Assembly (NCBI GenBank): GCA_965153285.1
Contig: OZ229116.1
Source: Podarcis tiliguerta
Lineage: Eukaryota
Length of the DNA: 64,000 bases
Strand: one strand, 5' to 3'
In this document: positions 1 to 13,008 of the stretch, in pieces
Position numbering within the stretch: the stretch's first letter is position 1
How the letters are laid out: each line of letters opens with the position of its first letter
Notes under the pieces: generated by a model
The model's input: the letters and a program-made list of their open reading frames with translations, nothing else
Database searches by the model: none
Told to the model about the DNA's origin: nothing
Translations under genes and position numbers: made by a program

Positions 1-63
1 TATTTCGTCAATGAAGAGAATGCAAGGGGCATTTTTACGAGCCAGAACAAATAAATCACGAAC
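1..63 (-). CDS. AFG3L2: AFG3L2 exon 10 (partial), VRDLFVLARKNAPCILFIDEI, Walker B
   Basis: Acceptor AG at 65-64; phase 0; exon runs off the window edge. Confidence 0.95.
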
Positions 64-260
64 CTTTGCAAGAGAAAGAAGGTACTTTCAATATCATGTA
101 TTGCCACACAGCTAGTTGTCCATCAACACTACAGAATACACCACAGAGTTAGCATTCATGTCATTGAAATAGGTATACAACATTAGACTCATTTGTCCGT
201 CTATCAGGAAATTATATTGCAGCTAACATGTTAGGTTATGAAATAAATTGAATGCTTTTA

Positions 261-501
261 CAGTCGTACCTTTGTTTTCGAACAGCTTAGTTCTCGAACG
301 TTTTGGCTTCTGAACACCGCAAACCCAGAAGTGACTGTTCCGGTTTGTGAACTATTTTAGGAAGCCAAATGTCCAACGGGGCTTCCGATTGGCTGCAGAA
401 GCTTCCTGCAGCCAATTAGAAGCCACACTTTGGTTTACGAACGTTTTAGAATTTGAACAGACTTCTGGAACAGATTCTGCTCGACTTGCAAGGTATGATT
501 G
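261..501. mobile_element. Tc1/mariner-pogo (Tigger-like) MITE
   Basis: Imperfect TIRs CAGTCGTACCT...AGGTATGATTG with TA on both sides (259-260, 502-503). Confidence 0.75.
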
Positions 502-550
502 TAATTTGAAAACTGTAGAAATCAAACTCTGGAAAAGTGTTTGGAACCAT

Positions 551-770
551 GGGTGGTATTCAACTACTACATCCTGTCAGCGCAAGGATTTCTACTTGTG
601 CAAAGGGACTGCCCCCCCCCCTCACTGTGTGTGCCCTCCTCAAATCTGCTCCAGAAGATTGGGAAAACCCTTAGAACAAATTTGGAGGTGCATAGGGGGA
701 GGACATTCTGTTGCACAAGCAGAAATCCCTGCGCTGACAGAATGAGACTTAGTGAACAAAGAATTCTGCC
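551..770. mobile_element. Palindromic non-autonomous repeat (MITE-like); related copies near 19065-19265, 31530-31740, 32290-32457, 48700-48920
   Basis: Inverted arms CTGTCAGCGCAAGGATTTCTACTTGTGCAA / TTGCACAAGCAGAAATCCCTGCGCTGACAG; shared core recurs in the window. Confidence 0.6.
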
Positions 771-1149
771 CAATGTTTTTATTTCTACATAAGTACTTGA
801 AACAAATGCTTTATGCTGGAAGAGCCAGCAGTGTCCAAAGTACAAGAACGAGATTTGGATGAAGGAGACCTTGGTTAAAATTGCATCTTTCCCTCAGAGC
901 CGGGACTTCTTAAAATAGCATAAATTTCCTACACAACTCCATAGAGAAGTGTGGAGAACCTTTGCGTACACGGATGATAAATCTAGCCTTCCTGCAACAG
1001 CCATCAAGTTTAGAATACCATTCGCTTGTCCTTATCAACTGTTAGGAAAAAGAAGACGACAGTGGCAAAATGCAGTCAGAGGGCTACAGCTCTGAAACTG
1101 AGTGAGATATCAGAGTTATTAATTAAAATAGCTTGCAGCCAGCTATTTA

Positions 1150-1470
<321 letters not shown>

Positions 1471-1499
1471 TTAAATTTTCTTCAATATGAGTCAATATA

Positions 1500-2203
1500 C
1501 CGTATTTTTCGCTCTATAGGACGCACCTTGTTTTAGAGGGGGAAGAACAAGAAAACAAAATTCTCCCCCTCTCTGCCCAGCGCCCCTTCAGCGAAGTGGC
1601 AGGAGGCACTGCGCAGAGAGGGGGAGAATTCCCCCCCCCCTTGTTTCCCCCCTCTAAAACAAGGTGCCATTCAAGGTGCGTTCAGTAGCTTCAGGCAGCT
1701 ACCTTGGAAGCCTGGAGAGCGAGAGGGGTCGGTGCGCACTGACCCCTCTTGCTCTCCAGGCTTCAGGTTCCTTTCGACCTGCTTTTTGGGGCTGGGGGCA
1801 GGAAGCCCACCGCCAGCCCCAAAGAGCAGGTTGGAGAGCAGCGGAAAGGCGTGCAGCGGAGAGGCTGCTGCCATAGCCACGTGTCACCTCTCCCAGCTGG
1901 GAGAGGGTCGCGGGGCTATGGCAATACCCCCACCTCCCGTAAAAGCCCACATGAGCCTCACACCCTTTAAGGAGCACACGGCTCCTGTGGGCTTTTCTAC
2001 GAGGAGGGAGAAGGGACTGACTGGCCGCGTCAGTCCCTTGTCCCTCCTGAGGAAAAGCCCGCAAGAGCCGCGCGGAGCTTGTGTGCGGCTTTTTGGGGCT
2101 TTTCCTGCCTGCCTCCCCCCTGCATTCGCTCCATAGGACGCACACACATTTCCCCTTCATTTTTGGAGGGGGAAAAGTGTGTCCTATAGAGCGAAAAATA
2201 CGG
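1500..2203. mobile_element. Tc2/pogo-like non-autonomous DNA transposon (MITE), GC-rich interior
   Basis: Perfect 23-bp TIR CCGTATTTTTCGCTCTATAGGAC; TA duplication at 1498-1499 and 2204-2205. Confidence 0.85.
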
Positions 2204-2327
2204 TATTTAGAACTCTGTTTCAGGAAAGTATAACATGTGTCCTAGTTCCACAAATAACTCAAAATTTTCTCTTTTTCCTGAAATGTTCTAGTCCTTGAAA
2301 AGGTAATTTGAATTTCACATAACTGTA

Positions 2328-2552
2328 CAGTGGTACCTCGGGTTACATACGCTTCAGGTTACAGACTCCGCTAACCCAGAAATAGTACCTCGGGTTAAGA
2401 ACTTTGTTCAGGATCAGAACAGAAATTGTGCTCCAGCGGTGCAGGGGCAGCAGGAGGTCCCATTAGCTAAAGTGGTGCTTCAGGTTAAGAACAGTTTCAG
2501 GTTAAGAACGGACCTCCAGAACGAATTAAGTACTTAACCCGAGGTACCACTG
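2328..2552. mobile_element. Tigger/pogo-like MITE
   Basis: Perfect 18-bp TIR CAGTGGTACCTCGGGTTA; TA on both sides. Confidence 0.88.
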
Positions 2553-2994
2553 TATTTTGAATGGGAGTGCAAGCCGCAATATAGCTAAAGTAACCAATAT
2601 TTGATCATGATCACACAAGATGGTCAATTTAATAAGTCTTCACAAGATTCACCCACTATTTATTAAGATCCATGAGGAAATGATACTCTAACCTAATTTT
2701 TGGCCCTATGCTAATTCAGATTTTAAAAAATCAAGTTGGACAAATAGTATTTGCTTGCAGGTAAATTTGAGTAAGAAAGAACAGTGTCCTCATTTTACTG
2801 AAAGGGAAGCACAGAAAACAAAAGAATTTCATAATGTCACTAAATGAAGATTCAGAGGCTATGTGAAATGAGTTCTTATGATTCCACAAACTCTTGTGAT
2901 CATATTTTTTAAATTCTGATGTTAGGTCAGAATATAGGAATAATGCCAATTGTCACTAAAATCAAAAAAAATAATCCCCAGCTAAAAGAGCTCA

Positions 2995-3342
<348 letters not shown>

Positions 3343-3575
3343 TTAATTCATTGTTTCATAACAAAATATGGGGTGGGGAGGAGACACATAAGAGCAATTT
3401 CATTTGTACATTATGAACAACTTTACTCAATAAGGTGCAATTTCAGTTAAAATATGCTGGGCTACAATCATGCACAGTTCATAGCATCTTTCTGATTCAT
3501 AACACAAATGGGTGCTAAAGCTAATGATTTCCTAGATCAGGCTAACTTTATCTCTTGCTCTTTCTTACATTCCCC

Positions 3576-4628
3576 ATTAGTTGGCATCCATCTATCTCAA
3601 GAGAAAATGGAGGAGTGCACTTTTGGAGATGAAGTCAAACCCTTGGGAGAGTTGCAGCACCTGCTGTGGTTGTAGAAACCGATATGGGAGAGACATGTTT
3701 TGCTGCAGCTGAAGGCGGCCGATTGTGCTGCTGCAGATGCACCATGGCGTTTCTTCTCTCTGCCTTCCTCCCAACTGTCGCTCCTCCTCTAGTCAATGCT
3801 GTGGAGGCATAGCCTGATTGCCTGTCTCCAGGCACTGCAATCATCTGCAAGGGATCCCCACGTGGGAGGGTTGATGTTGCCACCCTTCATCCCGTTTGCA
3901 GACATGTATGTAACACAGAGTTGGTTTGCAAATGGGCCTGATGCCAGCTCCCAATAGAGCACATCCTTGGGGATTCTGCCATCTTCCATTCTGTGGACAG
4001 GACCAAGACTACGTAGAAGTCGCAGGGACAGGAGTCTGAACTTTGTGGGAACGTGGGCAGGACTCTGTCCTGCCATGTGATACCCCAAATCCTCCTGACA
4101 CAGTGTATGTGGAAGGCATTGAAGTGTCATTCCTGGCAGGTCTAAGTTGTCACTTGTCCAGCTCAGCGACGATGGAGAGATTGCTGGTTATTGTGGAACC
4201 CAGGTAGACTTGTCTACCACCCCAAGTGTGTGGTCACCAATGCTGATGCGTGGAATGCTGATAATGGCTCAGGATGCTCATCCCCGTCGGGCTGATGGTA
4301 AGGCCAAACTCCTTGCAGGCTTGGGCAAAACAGTTGACGAGTCTCTGTAGAGCTTCCTCTGAGTGCTCTGTAAATGCTGTGTCATCTGCAAACAACATCT
4401 CTCAGGTAAGACCCGTTGCGCTTATGTTTAGGTGCAGAGACGTGCCAGGCTGAAGAGACTCCCGTCTCAACAAGGTAAGATGTCCACCTAAGCTTTACAA
4501 GATGATAGTGTCCTTCCACAAGAACATGCATGGAACTGTCCAGTATGACAGCTCATCCTCGGACTCCTTCCCTATAAAGAGCAGCGTGAAACAGGGTTGT
4601 GTTCTCGCTCGAACTCTCTTTGACATTT
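3576..4628 (-). mobile_element. Degraded RTE-clade LINE 3' fragment with an inverted 5' segment (4468-4628 on +)
   Basis: Minus strand: DGSLFSLARL, EMLFADD, HRMEDGRIPKDVLY and an RTE-like 3' end (GATGGATGCCAAC). Plus strand: CPPKL...VKQGCVLARTLF. Confidence 0.8.
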
Positions 4629-4811
4629 CCATAGCCTAGTGCAAATGAGCGAAAACCCTTCTTCTTCCCCCATGCATATGCCAAATAATTTGAGAGTGGT
4701 GGATGATAGGGGTTACCGACAAGCGCAACCAGAGACTAGCTTGTCAGCAAGCCAATTCTAAAAGGTAATATCATGTATTCCATTACAATTCCAATCATTT
4801 AAAACACTTAC

Positions 4812-4936
4812 CCATCGCTCTCTGCTGCATAGACTACAGGTATCCGGCTCTCCCCTTCTATCCCCATCTCAAGCTGTGCAGTTTCCAAGTTCCGCTCAAA
4901 TGTGTCCACACTTCCAATATTAAACCAAACATATTG
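4812..4936 (-). CDS. AFG3L2: AFG3L2 exon 7 (125 nt), [18 protein letters not shown]...AESDG
   Basis: AG at 4938-4937, GT at 4811-4810. Confidence 0.96.
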
Positions 4937-5542
4937 CTGTAAAAACAAATATAATAATTCATGGTGTCTCGGTTTTAGCATTTTAAATTAACATGAGAGA
5001 GACAAGATTATAAAGCTTATTTTAATATAAAGAAGAAGCTTAATTGAATATCCAAAAAGTTACAATACATACGTATCAACTAGAGGCAGAAATTTGGTAT
5101 GCTGGTTTTAGTTGCATCATTTCTATTTGCTGAAGAAAACACCTCCACTGAATGTGCATTTCTGAATGCTAGAATGGCAAAATATTTATAGGACTTCTGC
5201 CATGTCTCCCATGGATGGCTAAAGTATTTCTATTATAGTGTTACACAATACTATATAATAGGTGAAATCCCTAATAGGTATGGTGCAGGGAAACCACACT
5301 TGCAGATCATGTTCTGCATCTTTAAGCAAAAAGCATGTGGGGATTCCTATAGTATGTATGGTGCACTAGACATCACATTCTGCACACATTTTGTCATTTA
5401 CTTGCAAGGGCACAGAGCACAGTCCTGATACGTCAAAATAACAAACTGTCAGATCCATATTTAATACACTATACAGAAATGTTTACAAACATAAATGATT
5501 CAACCCCTTAATGCATTTGGTGAACTGAAAAAAATGATTTAC

Positions 5543-5617
5543 CCCATCAATTGGCGACTTCCCTGGGGTAAAAACCACTCTAACAAAGCGCTTGTTCACC
5601 ACTTCCAGCTTGTCCAC
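5543..5617 (-). CDS. AFG3L2: AFG3L2 exon 6 (75 nt), [25 protein letters not shown]
   Basis: AG at 5619-5618, GT at 5542-5541. Confidence 0.96.
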
Positions 5618-5661
5618 CTGTGAAAGCACAAAATACATTTCAGACAATAACTTTTTCCTCC

Positions 5662-5735
5662 TGGGAGAAGCCAAAGATTGAACCTCAGACCTTCTGCATG
5701 TAAAGCATAGTCTCTCCCCCTGAGCTAGAGACCTT
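5662..5735 (-). mobile_element. Short tRNA-derived SINE remnant (Squam3-like); related copies near 11735-11850 (+) and 17070-17240 (-)
   Basis: A/B-box-like head (TAGCTCAG...GGTTCAATC) on the minus strand. Confidence 0.55.
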
Positions 5736-6717
5736 CCCTTTTGCTGTATGAACACAACCCTGTGAGATATTATTGTACTGAAACTGCTGAGGCCTGTTTC
5801 AAAATAAAAAACATGCAAAATCTGCTTTAAAATGTCTGGCCCAATACATTTTAAGTTCAAAATCTTTCTTCCAAAAGCAGAGGTCCCCAAATATAAAACT
5901 GATTCCTTGGCATTCAGGGCTTGAATAAAGAAACTATGCTGATTCTTCTGTTCCTTTCCACTTTGTCAAAGCTCCCTGCAGGTGGGATAAAACATTGTTT
6001 CTCCCCTGATCCTTCTAGCAAGCATGCAGGGACACAGGGTAAGGTGGAGTGCTGTTTCATATTGCTGCCCAAGGCTTGGATAAGAACACAACAGGAAATA
6101 AGAATGTGTCAATGGGATCTTGACTCAGCTTGTGTCAGACACAAAGAAAACAGGAGATCAGCTTGCTGTTGCTTTTCTTATCCAAACTATAGTGTGAGTG
6201 AGAGCTCTGCCCTCTCTTGCCTCAGTTAGCAAGCAAGTCCTGAGAAAACAGGTTCTCAAAGTAAATAACCTGTCCACTCTTAAAGAAAATGCAAACTTAT
6301 GGTCTCTCTTTTAGCCTACTACACTAAACTTATTCTTGAACTCTCTTCAAGATTTTAATAGCTGCTTGTTGTTTTTTTACCTTGCTATTTTTATATTTTA
6401 AATTACTTTCCTTGAGTTTTTTGAAGCAAAGGCAGGAAAAGTTTCAAATAAATAATATGCCCTTAAAAAGAGCCGTGGAGCTCAAAATGTCTTAGGCCAT
6501 TTTCTAACAATATGGCTAACCTCTACTTTTTGCCAATTGCTTTTGTTTCTGGAATAGAAGTTCTGACCACATGCAGTAATTTTCTTCTTCTTTTTTTAAT
6601 ACAAATTCATCCTCAGCCCTTCCAGCTTCAATTAAATTATAGCCCACCCTGGTTTACACTCAGTCACAATGAATAACTTATTCTGTGAAATCTACGTTTC
6701 AGCTGAATGCTACTTAC

Positions 6718-6870
6718 CACTCCTTTGGAAAGGTAGTTGTTGGCAAAGTCTTTCCATGTGATTTCTCTCCCAGCATTCCTGAAGAAAACATAGTATGTAG
6801 CAAATGCCCAGAAAATTGCAGTGCCCATGAAATAAAAACGGAACTCTTTGTCATCCCAGGGAAAGTCACC
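6718..6870 (-). CDS. AFG3L2: AFG3L2 exon 5 (153 nt), first TM segment, GDFPWDDKEF...EITWKDFANNYLSKGV
   Basis: AG at 6872-6871, GT at 6717-6716. Confidence 0.96.
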
Positions 6871-7444
6871 CTAAAGGGGAAAAGAGAGAGAAGGAATACT
6901 GGATTGAGATTGACTTTTGTATATGAAAATGGTGGGTTTTCTCATCTGCTGTCACAAAAGCAGCCCTATGTAAGCACCAATTTGGAAAAGATTTTTATAC
7001 AGAATAAAAAAATATTGTGCATTGGCCTACAAAGATGATTTATTCATAAAAACATGAAAAAGTGTCCGGAATTACAGTCATGCCTTCATTCCCACCTACA
7101 AACCCTTTTCTATTAACTTGGTGGAGAGGCAGATTCACATATGAAATGCGCTGAGCTTTTCTGAGGTGAATGGGAATACTTGCTTTGCAAAAGCTCACAA
7201 AATCTACTGCACTGCATACTGGGTCTTGAGTCAGGGCCACTATAAATTTTAGATTCATATAATCTTTCAAAGAAATTTAAGAAACACATAAGTAACTGAG
7301 TTTAAAAAACCATATAAGTCAACAGCATCCCCATGGCGAAAATAATCTGAATAACATTTAGAGAAGTAATAATATTTTACAGAACTGCAAAACACAATAA
7401 AGCAGGTTGATAAAAGCAGTGTCACAAAAAATATGAATTGGGAC

Positions 7445-7572
7445 CTTTTGCATTCTGGACCACCAGTTAGTATCTTCTTTCTTGCCACCTTTTTTCCCTC
7501 CTCCTCCACTGCTTCCTCCTCCTCCTCCACTGTTGGTTCTGGAAGGGCGCTGGGAGTTGGCTTGCTTTACAT
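7445..7572 (-). CDS. AFG3L2: AFG3L2 exon 4 (128 nt), Gly-rich linker ...GGKKGGKKEDTNWWSRMQK
   Basis: AG at 7574-7573; weak donor AAG|GTCCCA at 7444; phase fits. Confidence 0.92.
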
Positions 7573-8781
7573 CTACAAAAAAAGTTCACACGCATGTTTC
7601 TACAAAAACTAGAAAGCAAGCAAGCCTATCTCCCTGTAGTTCTTTGTTTTGTTACTTCTGTAATCTTTACACAACACTGATTCTTACAAGATTACCAGCT
7701 AGATTAGATGTTACAACACACACACACGGCTGTCTACAAAAATAGCGTTCGCTCATCTAATCCCAACCCTTACTCCGTACCATGGAACAGATCTTACTTT
7801 ATGCTGCGACAGCAAAACGTTCTGCGCCTCCCCACTCTGTATCACTGACTGCTGATGGCATGGTGCAGGGAACACAGAACATCATGATGTCACAGCATAG
7901 CAAAGCTCTACCAGAAAGCATCAGGGGGTTGGGTGGGCCTAAATGTGTGGCAGCTGTTTACAACAGAAGTCACATATTTAATGTGCAATTTGTTCTTAAC
8001 ACTCAGAATCTGGACTACGTTACGTTACAAAGACTACTTATATCGTGTAAATGAAGTCCTCTGAGGATTCAGTAAAGGCAGTATATAAAGATTATTATGA
8101 TGCATCACGCCAGGACATGCGTTTAGGTGGGGAACAGTAATGACTATGTAAGAACTCACAACACAGTGAGAGCCTATTGGGAAGAAAACCTGGTGTAAAC
8201 TGGTTATTGTTGGGGTGTCTCAAACAACGTATCATGGTACATCCAGATAATGCTTTTTGATTAGATAGAATCCAGTTTTTAGTGGAACGATAGTGCAAGC
8301 TCAGTTTTCCCAACTCATTTCCAGCTTCCCGCTCCCTTCTTTATTATGTTTAAATACAGTACCCGTGTCACTGTAGCTTTGGCCCTCTTTCTTAACTGAT
8401 ACAAAGTACTCAATTCTTTAACAAACATTAAAAGGCACACAAACCAGGGATATAAACAGGCCCAGTTAACAAAGATCATTAATCAAAATGCTCAAGGAAA
8501 AAATAACACCACAAACATCTAACAGAGAATTCAGAAACTAAATATGGTGATGCTGGAGCAGAAACATATCAATTCTACAATGTGAAGACCTGGCACATAA
8601 AATGTGACAAGAGAAGTCACAAGACAGAAGTAAACTGTAGGAAACAGTGACCACTTTCATGGCCATTGTCAAAACTAGGACACAGCAACATGGGCTTGTA
8701 TATAAGAGCAGTCAAAATTAATAATAACCAAATTGACATTTATTCTACATATGAGCCTCAAGTGAAAAAGCAGACTGGTAC

Positions 8782-8850
8782 CTTTAGTTTCTCCTTCTGA
8801 GCCCTTTGTTTCATTAGGTTTCTTTTCATCAGGGAAATATTTTTCAAAAC
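8782..8850 (-). CDS. AFG3L2: AFG3L2 exon 3 (69 nt), GFEKYFPDEKKPNETKGSEGETK
   Basis: Conserved GFEKYFP motif; AG at 8852-8851, GT at 8781-8780. Confidence 0.94.
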
Positions 8851-9329
8851 CTAGTAAGGAAAAAAGCAGCAATAAAAATTGAGTATATTATATTATGCTT
8901 GAGGCAGTGAAGTCTCACCAAAAATAGCCTCACCATGTGTTTCAGGATACTACAGGAAAAGAGGTGGATATGTGAGTTTCACATATCTGATAAAGCTAAA
9001 CAGGAGGGTGGGTGGGTGGGAAAAGGAGGAGATAAAAGCATGTGTGTCATTTAAAAATATTTCTGATAAAGAGTAGTAACTGCCCAAGTGCCTATCAAAA
9101 GGGCCTACCATCTAGTTTCTAGAAGAACTACACTGCTGAAACAAGAAAAAGGTAGGAAGGTGGAAAACTGGAAGCAGACTTTTTTTGTGGAGAGAAAGGA
9201 GGACTATTCTGAGAGCTCAGTCAGCCCTTGGACTGAAACAGGTGAGTCACAGCACTTATGTAGCTTGAGATAGGGACAAAGAAAGAATAATATTCCTGTC
9301 CAGCTTCAGGCCTGGGTTTAACTTGAAAA

Positions 9330-9850
9330 ACACCTAGACTGGCCTTGGTGGTTGACTTAGGCTGGGGATGAATAGTGATCACAATCCTACTGGCTGTCCT
9401 GGATCTCTTAGTGGCTTTCAACACCATCAATCAACACTATCCTTCTGAGCTACTTGACTGGGTTGGACTTGGAAGGCACAGTGTTCTGCTGGCTCTGGTG
9501 CCTCATGGATAGTTGATTCCAGATGGTTGTGATGAGGGGACCTTCTGTTTTACCCCTTGAGTTTTGGCTTTTCAACATCTGCATGAAACTGCTGGGAGAA
9601 GTCATTCAAAGGTTTCAGCTGCCATATGCAGATGACTTCAGCTCTACCCCTTGTTTCCACCTACTCATCTCAGGGAGGCTGTGGGACTCCTGAACTAAAT
9701 ATTTTGTAATTAGGTTACTTGAAAGACTGTCTATGTATGTATCAACCTGTCAGGAACCCATGCTCATGTACCCACCAGTGTGATCATTTAGGTTGGTGGG
9801 CATGAAGGAAAGGCCCTTCTCAGTGATGGTCCAAGATTGTGCAACAATAC
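9330..9850 (+). mobile_element. Highly degraded L2-type LINE RT fragments
   Basis: Remnants resembling LLDLSAAFDTIDH and YADD (TATGCAGATGAC at ~9625), broken by frameshifts. Confidence 0.6.
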
Positions 9851-10180
9851 AAGAGAGGAGTTTTGTGGGAGATTGCTCTCTGACTGCACATTATGCTGGA
9901 AAGACAGCAGGACAGCTGTGCTTAACTTCTAAAGAGTAAAGTGCTAAGGCCCAGGCCACATCTTTCATTCTGAGTGAGGAAGCAATGCAATTAAGGTGTA
10001 ATTGTTCTGCAGCAAGGCAATAGGTCTCTGCATATTCTCAGAGCTATGCTCCTTCAAACATTCTAGTGCAGCTCTGGTATTGGAAAAAAAACCATGTTTA
10101 CTTCTATGCTGCTTCCCATAAAATTGTGCCTAAGCAGTTTTAAACACATAAGATGAATAAGCGTAGTGGTCAATAATATA

Positions 10181-10435
10181 GAAGAAGAAGAAGAAGAGTT
10201 TGGATTTGATATCCCGCCTTTCACTCCCTTTAAGGAGTCTCAAAGCGGCTAACATTCTCCTTTCCCTTCCTCCCCCACAACAAACACTCTGTGAGGTGAG
10301 TGGGGCTGAGAGACTTCAGAGAAGTGTGACTGGCCCAAGGTCACCCAGCAGCTGCATGTGGAGGAGCGGAGACGCGAACCCGGTTCCCCAGATTACAAGA
10401 CTACCGCTCTCAACCACTACACCACACTGGCTCTC
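10181..10435 (-). mobile_element. Young tRNA-derived SINE with (TTC)n tail, copy 1
   Basis: tRNA-like head GAGAGCCAGTGTGGTGTAGTGG...GGGTTCG; near-identical to 15056-15310; possible AATATA TSD. Confidence 0.88.
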
Positions 10436-10484
10436 AATATAATGATAAGCTACACAATATTATTGATTTACAGCAAAAAATTAC

Positions 10485-10584
10485 CTTTTGGAGGTTGGGA
10501 GAAGAGCTTCCTGTAAACAGCAATTACACTTGCAAGGACATTGCTTCTGTTTGTAGGAACTTGTGTGGCCACATGGTCATGAAG
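10485..10584 (-). CDS. AFG3L2: AFG3L2 exon 2 (100 nt), LHDHVATQ...LFSQPPK
   Basis: AG at 10586-10585, GT at 10484-10483; ends in the conserved PPK|G. Confidence 0.92.
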
Positions 10585-11959
10585 CTGAAAAAATGAGAAT
10601 TGTCACTAAAAAACAATTTAAAAAGACAGTTCCTCAGCATCTTTTCAGCACAATCCTATGCATGCTTAATTGCAAATAAATCCCAGAGATTTCAATGGGG
10701 CTTACTTTCTAGTAAGCATGCACACAATTGCTGCCTTAGGTTGCAATCCAAACCCTAGCTGGAGAGCAGTGGGACCACCAAGGTATCCACAGCCCAGTTG
10801 CTCATGCTAGCCCAGACAGAGGAGATGGCAGGCAAACAGCTGCCCAAGCCTGGAGCTGTGCCAGCGATCAGGCCCATAATGGGACTAATATCGTTATGTG
10901 ACTGCTGCAGGACCAGCATGGGATCCACTGGATCCCAGACTGACTCAGCCCTTCCCTGCCCCCAGAACATACTGTTTCAGGGCTATCTGTCTGCATGTTT
11001 GTGCCAGTGGATACAAACTGACATGGGTACAAGACTGGCAGGGCTGGACACAGCACCATCTCTGCCCAATATAAACATCTTTCTAGAAAGGGGTGTTTGA
11101 ATTGCAGCCTTAGGCTGCAGTTGTATACATTCATACATGCGAGTAGGTTCCATTTGAAAGCCTGTTTTTGCAATATGAAATAATGGTTATTCATTTAAAA
11201 GCAGCCACTCTCCCAGTTTCACAAATATCCTGGCACATTTTATTACATCATCGGAGGTTCTCCTGCACCACCCCTGATGTAAAATATATCCTTTGGTTTC
11301 ATTTCACAATGGGTACTCTGGATAGGTACACCTGGAATGTTGCCTGGGGATGAAATATCACAAAAATCAAAGAAAGTGAAAGCTCCCTCCACAGTGTGAG
11401 TAAAAGCAGTTTACTCCATCACTCCTCCTCTTACTTTTCCAAATGAGACGCTGAAGCAAGTTTACAAGGAACAGATAAAAGCAACTGTCAACTCATCTGA
11501 GCTAGAAACCAGCTCACACATCACTTCTGTTATGAATTTAGCAGGTGACGTTAAAAAAACCACTGTCTCTCAAACTCACACTTTGCCCTCAACCCAATAT
11601 ACAACAGGGGGATAATAATGATATACTTTACAGGGTTGCTGAAAGCTAATAAAAATAATTATAAAATTACAAGAGAGTGTACAGGAAGTTATTTGAACAC
11701 TCAAAAGCACTATACAAATCCTTTTGCATACGAGAAGCGCAGTTCAGTGGTAGAACCCGTTTTCATCTGCAAAAAGTTCCAGATTCACTCTCTGACATCT
11801 CCAGGCAATCCCCCCCCCTCAAAACCGTGAAGAACCTTTGACAGTCAGCGAAGGGACTGTGAGTAGCAAAGGTGAGATGCTAAGCATTTCTCACCATCAC
11901 CATTACGGTGCTGAAACAGCCACGACACAAGCCGGTTCTCTCCTTTAACCTTCGGGGGG

Positions 11960-12490
11960 ATAAGAAACGTCAGCTGCCAAGTGACTCCACGGGGACGGGA
12001 CTCCCTCGTGGCGACGGCCCCGGTCCACCTCCGGCAGGCGCTGCCAGGAAGGGCGGCGGTGCCCGGGAGGCGCACCCCGTTCCCCTTGCGCCCTGCCCTT
12101 GCCTGACACGCACGTGACTCACCAATCTCAGGTAGCGCGAAGGAGCTGCGGGGCCTCGGCCCCAAAGAAGCCGCTGGGCGGCCCCGGGGATCCCGCCGGG
12201 GGAACGCCGGCAGCAGCCCCGCGACAGCCACAGGCAGCGGTGAGCCATAGTCGCCGAAACAGGTCCGGCGGCCCCAAAGCTCCGCTCTCTTCACTCACTC
12301 ACTCGCTTACACAAACAGGCGAGCGGGTGGTTGGGGGACCTTGGCCACGCCCCCAGCGCCGCGCGTGACGCCATCACGGCGCCCTATGACCCCTCCTGCG
12401 CGTGCGCGCAGCCTTCGCCATGCTCCGCCTTCTTTCGTAAGCCCCGCCTCTTTTGGAGGCGTTGCTCGTGTCGCTCTCCACCATCCCGGT
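11960..12490 (-). promoter_or_regulatory. CpG island and AFG3L2 promoter with an NRF1-like site
   Basis: CpG-dense; TGCGCGTGCGCGCA at 12397-12410 resembles the NRF1 consensus; half-CRE TGACG at ~12366. Confidence 0.75.
12123..12248 (-). CDS. AFG3L2: AFG3L2 exon 1 coding part (42 aa, Arg-rich mitochondrial presequence MAHRCLWLSRG...)
   Basis: MAHRCL start as in orthologues; donor GTGAGT at 12122. Confidence 0.93.
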
Positions 12491-13008
12491 GCAACAACGA
12501 GACGATCCTATTGAAGCCTTGCATGCTAGCTAAAAGACGAGCCCTGCTTGGTATTTGTACCAAAGGCAAACACGCCTACAGGGTGTGCCTGCTGAGGCAG
12601 GTTGGCACCAGTGCATCAGGAGTCAATGAGCGCCGAAATCACATGGCGTCTAGGTCGCTTACGTAAGCCCCGACGGCATTAGTTAGTTACATATATGTGG
12701 AAGGGGAAAGAGTGATTCCTTGGAATTTATTTGCAAGGTCAGTCGGACGGAGACACGTGGCTCCGGTATAACCTCGACCCAGGAAAGTGGAACAGAGTTC
12801 ACCAGTAAAAGGTGCCGGAAGCTGCAATTATCTGAAGTATTTTAGTCCTCTTTGATTTTAAATTGTCCCAATCCTATGGTCGCTGCCTACTGATTTCGGA
12901 TTGCATCTCTCATTACGTTACCCGCGCAGAAACTCTGTGATGAGACAGTTCAGTGTAAATTGCAAGCCTAAGCACATTTATTGGGGAGTAGAAACTGAAC
13001 TTTGATAT

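Noticed and set aside
1664-2160. Cluster of overlapping ORFs of 69-153 aa
   Set aside because: They lie inside a GC-rich MITE and show no transposase or other motif; stop-poor composition explains them.
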